This document shows positions 58,221-64,000 of a stretch of 64,000 nt of DNA, one piece after another. The DNA comes from Eledone cirrhosa. Lineage: Eukaryota. Every line of letters starts with the position of its first letter. Position 1 is the first letter of the stretch. The DNA is taken from the NCBI GenBank assembly GCA_964016885.1, contig OZ024758.1, positions 1,302,001-1,366,000 of the forward strand, given 5' to 3'. Position numbers and translations under genes: made by a program. The notes under the pieces are model-generated. The model had not been told where the DNA came from and ran no database searches. It worked only from the letters and a program-made list of their open reading frames with translations.

Positions 58221-59872
58221 GTACTTACACAGAACAACACGACTTACACATCTCCTCTACAAGATTAATACCCTATATTATAACTCAACTGACATTACAT
58301 CTTGTGCTGGAGACTAACAAGGGGAGGTTTTACCTCAACAATTACAGAAACTATAAAACTACATTCTGGCAGAAAACTGAGAAACACTGAAGAGCAGCAG
58401 ATGATTTAGGCGAAACTCTGAGGCAATAACAGAAGAAGAAGAAGAAGAAGAAGAAGAAGAAGAAGAAGAAGAAGAAATGTATGGAGGTGTGTGTGCATTA
58501 TTCTAGTATTCACTCTCCACCCCATATATATATATATATATATATATGTGTATATATGTGCGTGTATGTTTATTTATGTGTGTGTGTTTGTATGTGTATG
58601 TTTATTTATGTGTATGTGCGTTTGGACATATACATATATATATTCTCATATCCACCTATATAAATGTTTGTATATATATACGAACATGTTTGAATATGTG
58701 TGTGAATGTTTGTGTACACACATACACACACATATATATATATATATATACACACCCATACGTACATATATGCACACATACACACATACATCCACACATA
58801 AACACATACATACATACATACATACATACATACATACATACATACATACATACATACATACATACATACATACATACACTTCAAAATGTAACACATCCCA
58901 GTGTCATCAGAACCATAGCTACATGCTTAACACTGCGGGATATTTTCGTCTATGCTGCGCTACTTTTAAATTACATCTTTTCAGCAGCCTTCATCACGGT
59001 TGAGCAACGAAGCGATAGAAAATATTAAACTAAGCACAAAATACTTCTTAATATAGATTCAATGTTAAGATGATTATTACGACATGGGACACACAATTAT
59101 GATGTAAGTGTTATAAAGAATATTGCAGCGAATCTATGCCTTCAGGTACATTGACGTAATATTATGAACAATAAATAAGTTTTATTGAGGAGGTATTAGG
59201 TTATAGGATCAAATGTGTGTGAGGTCTTATGTGTGTTAGTATATGTGTGTTTGGCAAGCGGTGAGCAGTGTGACCACAGATAACCTCAGGCAACACATGC
59301 AACACTCTGGTGGTCGGTATTAACAGTAAGAATAGTTGCAGCCCATTGACCAACGAAACCCTGAAGCTATTCTAAAGCTGTGAAAGACTAATAAAGCTCT
59401 GATAGTTCTCTGGGGTTGCAAAACAGAGTGTACAGTCGTTATATGAATGGTAGTAAAGGATATATGGGTATTTTCTAGCTCAGGCATGTCAGACTGAGTG
59501 TCCCTCGAGGGCCAGATGGGTCACATTTATGTTGTCTGAAGGCCACACACAACTAATTGCGTACATTACAATTAATGGTTTTTTTTTAATTTCATATTAC
59601 GAAGATAAAAACATGCTCGCGCTGTAAAATAAAAAATCAAGTCATTAGAGATATACTTCACTGCTTTACGATCGTTTCTAAGTGATGATAATACATCGTA
59701 ACTATACTTCGTTATCGATCTATGTACGGTTAGTTACAAACTATCAGATAAGGAGAATATTTACTTTCATGCATATCACCAGCTGTTTATTTTAACCTAC
59801 AACATTTTCAACATATGGATTACATTGAGTTCTTCACGCAGACTATACCCCACAACTTACCGTGTATATCTC

Positions 59873-59927
<55 letters not shown>

Positions 59928-60109
59928 CATTGGAGGTGAAATCCATCCGATGGGTTATCTCACAATTTTCACCGACCCAATTTCACACATAAGGCCTCAG
60001 TTTAGCCCGGGGCTATTGTAAATTCATAAATGATACTACTCAATGGGATTGAACTCGGAAACTCGTAATTGGAAAGCTAACCACTTACCACAACACCATG
60101 ACTTCAACA

Positions 60110-60236
60110 TTGCGTTCTGATTTCAAATCCCACCGCAGTTAATGTTGCCTTTCATCCTTACGGGGTCGATAAAATAAAGTACCAGTAATGCACTGGGATA
60201 ATTGCTGGCCTTGTGCCAAAAGTAGAATCAATTATT
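60110..60236 (+). mobile_element. SINE family A, 5'-truncated
   Basis: Core and tail present. Confidence 0.8.
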
Positions 60237-61047
60237 AAGTATGTCCATAGCACACTAATGAAATCTATGTACAGTATATCATGGCATTATTCCATGTATA
60301 TAGAGCAAGTTCTATGACGGGTGGTCGTGGTATTAGATACCATTTTCTAACTGATGAAACTCGTATAAGCGGATAGTAACATTTGAAATGATGTATTACT
60401 GAATAAACGGATCATAGGTATTACCATTGAAGTTGGTAGATTAATTATCAGTAAAAAATATAGAGCAAAGCATTTTACTTTCCAGATTGTCTGAGGCCAG
60501 GAAGATTTAGAGAATAATGGAGATTTTAGCAATAAAAACTAAAAGAAAAAGAAAATACAGATCAACTTCTTGAAGCACAATTGATCATGCTTATTTACTT
60601 TGGTTTACATTCTCAAAGAAATTTTGTTGTAGTATATTTACTGTCAGAAAAAAAAAAGAATATTTAATTGGGGATTACTTGTTCAGGAAACATAAGTAGT
60701 GTTTACGAGTTCATTCTAATTACTGTAAGACAGAACCGCTGTTCTGTCTTACAGTAAAATCTCTGTTCTGACATTTTCAACGTTGCAAAAAAATATTTCG
60801 CAATGTTCAGCTCGCAGTTAGTTTAGTAGAAAGGAAATCATTTATGTAGACAAGATCAAGGGTAACTATATAGTATTACAATTTTCCATAGTACTCATTG
60901 TTATATACAAACCCCTCGTACATTTACTTTTAATGATTTCCAGTGATCTTACTGTCCACTTCACTTTACAAAGTGACGTGCTGTATTCTGTCTTCATCTC
61001 TATTATTTTAGTTATACTTCGGAATATCGATTATATAAGTCAATATA

Positions 61048-61084
<37 letters not shown>

Positions 61085-61328
61085 TCAGACATACATACAC
61101 AAACTCATGCACACACATACATATGTACATATATATATATATATATATATATGTATCTATATAAATATATATATGTGTGTGTATGTGTGTATGTGTGTGT
61201 GTGTGTGTGTGTCTGCATGTGTGTGTGTGTGTGTGTGTGTGATTCTCCTTTTGAAGACGTATGCAATTCTTGGAAACATTTTATTGCGAATTCGTCCGTG
61301 GCAAACACTTTCAAAGAAACAATATAAC

Positions 61329-61440
<112 letters not shown>

Positions 61441-62049
61441 ACCCGACCGTCATAATAGTAATAACTGCTATCAATTCTGAAGCAAGGGAGATAATTTCAT
61501 TTAATTAAGCAGCAATTCACGGTTGAATTAATATGTTTCAGGACAATCTGATCTTTGTGCCGAAGATGTGAAACATGGTTATAAGAACTCCTGGAAATAT
61601 TAACCAAATCCTATACATGTCATATCCTACTCTCTTAATAAATGAAGGACATCTTCAGTAGTGTAACCTGAGATATAATATCTTGACAATATTGATTATT
61701 GACGTCTTTCATCATAGATCTGATCGATTTGAAACGACTTGTTATAGGAAGAAGTTGAATAACAAGATCAATCAACATGAAATAGCGATAAATGAACCAC
61801 AATTATATTGTGTAATATTTTATCATCCAGACGTGCTTATTGATCGCCATGACCCGACCCTCCAGTCTGTTCGTTCTGATATTGCTTGAGGTCGGACTTC
61901 TTGGCTGCACTAAGAATCCTCGCATAGTCATGTAAGTTCGATGTAGTCTACTAACATTTACATACCCATACTTCGTTTTGCAAAGAAAAACCTCGCTAAT
62001 GATCTCATCCTTTGCTCTCCAGCAATGCCTGTATGTTATGGTATGGTAT

Positions 62050-62385
62050 ATATGGTCCCCTAACTCCTAACAAAGTTGTCGGGGTGCCACATTGATATAC
62101 GGAGTTTCTAGGGCATTTTAAACATAGCCGCGCACATCTCGTCTCCAGGACTGAATACAGTAGATTTATTACAGAGAAGGAGAGAAAGTGAAGGCGAAGA
62201 ATTGAGAAAGATATATAGAGGACGAAATCGACCCCAGTAATAGTTTGGTACTTTTTTATCGACCTCAAAAGGATGAAAGGCCAAGTTGACCTCGGCGGGA
62301 TTTGAACTCAGAGAGCAGAGAGTCGTAACAAACACCGCAAAGTATTTTATCCGACATTCCAGCAACTCTGACAATTCTCCGCCTA
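62050..62385 (-). mobile_element. SINE family A with extended 3' module
   Basis: Reverse complement of head, B-box, core and tail module. Confidence 0.75.
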
Positions 62386-62651
62386 CCCAATAATGTCTAC
62401 TACCATTTATAATTCTTAGATTTGATAATTGTAGCTAATTCGTCTTGTTTCTCCTTGTCAAATCTTGAGATTAAAAAGATCATTAGATATAATTGACTTG
62501 AGGCAAATTACAAGCAAAGATTTGAAAGTTTGGTAAGTAAAAAGAGAGTTTTATTATCAGTTTCATGTCATCTTCTTTGTGAACTTCGATTGTCATCTGA
62601 TTAGTTTGACGCTTTTAGGATGTAGATTAAGATCCTCAAGATAACCATTGC

Positions 62652-62706
<55 letters not shown>

Positions 62707-62785
62707 GGTGGTGGTGGTGGTGGTGGTGGTGGTGGTGGTGGTGGTGGTGGTAGTGGTGGTGTTGGTGGTTTGAGTAGTGGTGGTC
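62652..62785. repeat. Compound (TAG)n(TGG)n microsatellite
   Basis: Direct reading of the sequence. Confidence 0.95.
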
Positions 62786-64000
62786 GGTTGAATGTTTCTC
62801 GTCGAAATAATATAGACTTAATAATATAGACTTATTGATCATCGATCCTCAAAGGACCAAATTGGCGAGATTAACTAAAAGCTAAAGTAGCAACTGTAGG
62901 GCTGAGAGAATAAGGATGCCTGTAACAACATCAGAGAAGGTTAGTGTCTGCCTCACCCTCTCCCTTTCCTTTGTTGCTTGATTCTTCTTTCTTTTTCTTC
63001 TTTTTATTTCTAGTCTATAGTTTAGTGACAAACAGTACAGCTTTTCTATAGATTTCCTGCCGTATATGAATCAATCAAAGTATTTTTTAAAGTAAAGATG
63101 TGAATCATACAAGTATAAAATAGTTTTAACAATTCGATGACCAAAACAAAAAACAATAGTTAACAAAATTTATCTTTCGAAAGTTCGGGGGCAAAAATTA
63201 AAGTTTGTTTGAAAAATATATACCTGATATATAATATCTAAGGTATTAACTCGGTCTGTGGACATTACGTGATGCTGATGATGTTGATGATGATGATGTT
63301 GATGATGCTGATGATAACGATGATGATAAGGATGACGACAACGATGATGATGAGGATGATGATGATGTATCTCAGATCATATTATAGAGTATAACTAAAG
63401 TTAGATAATATATTATGAACTAATAAAATCTACAATAAAGTGAAATAGGAGAGAGAATATATTCGAGAGGGGAAAATGAAAGAAATATCAACTTGAGGAG
63501 AGAGCATGAGTTGGCGCTTATTTGCTTAAAATCAATGTGGAACAAAAGATCTTATACAAGTTGTCAAAAACTTCTTTGTCATCAATATTCACGTTTTATA
63601 TGTTCTTTGAGAAACGGCTTCTAGTTCCACAGAAACTTGATATATGGATTATTTGGGAACTTTGGGAAGAAAGAATTAAATAGCGAAATCGGTAGTTCAT
63701 AGATTTTTGTTGTTTCAGTAGCAAATATTACATAATGAAGGAGTTTAAGAAAGTCGAAGATGAGAATTTGATATTCAAGGATAGGATGATAGCAAAATTT
63801 AGATGTCATATAAGTTATAGAAACATTATGTTAAAATTGAGCCGTGGTTGGGTTAAAGTAACAACGCCCGGTGAAGAAGAACATAAACTATATATGAAGG
63901 TGGGTTGACATATTCATAGGCTGACTACGAAGGTTGATGCTAGAGCTGTGAAATCTAGTATGTATTGATTTCAACGATTTTTATTAATAATTGCATTGTT

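Noticed and set aside
58385-58425. CTGAAGA...CGAAACTC hammerhead-like motif
   Set aside because: Only about 2 bp in each of stems I and II; not supportable.

Overview
Eukaryotic, very AT-rich DNA saturated with microsatellites. The repeat landscape of (TA)n/(CA)n tracts, tRNA-derived SINEs and MITEs suggests an octopus or other coleoid cephalopod (inference). The window holds one protein-coding gene on the minus strand, a nicotinic acetylcholine receptor alpha subunit (alpha9/10-like exon layout). I reconstructed 7 phase-compatible GT-AG coding exons from 48730 to 6628: 1572 nt, 523 aa. All ACh-binding aromatics and the vicinal Cys-Cys are intact. The M1-M2 linker reads ESPAK instead of the cationic SGEK, the signature of molluscan ACh-gated chloride channels. 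The introns carry several unusual RNA-level structures: a ~535-bp fold-back with a minimal type-I hammerhead-ribozyme-like motif in each arm, further degenerate Penelope-type hammerhead motifs, a SINE-derived ~100-bp hairpin downstream of the pore exon, a SINE whose Pol III A-box is amplified ~25 times, a near-identical 616-bp tandem array, and a candidate 6-nt microexon. Nearly all ORF-track entries are microsatellite artefacts. All coordinates were read by eye, and repeat boundaries are approximate.
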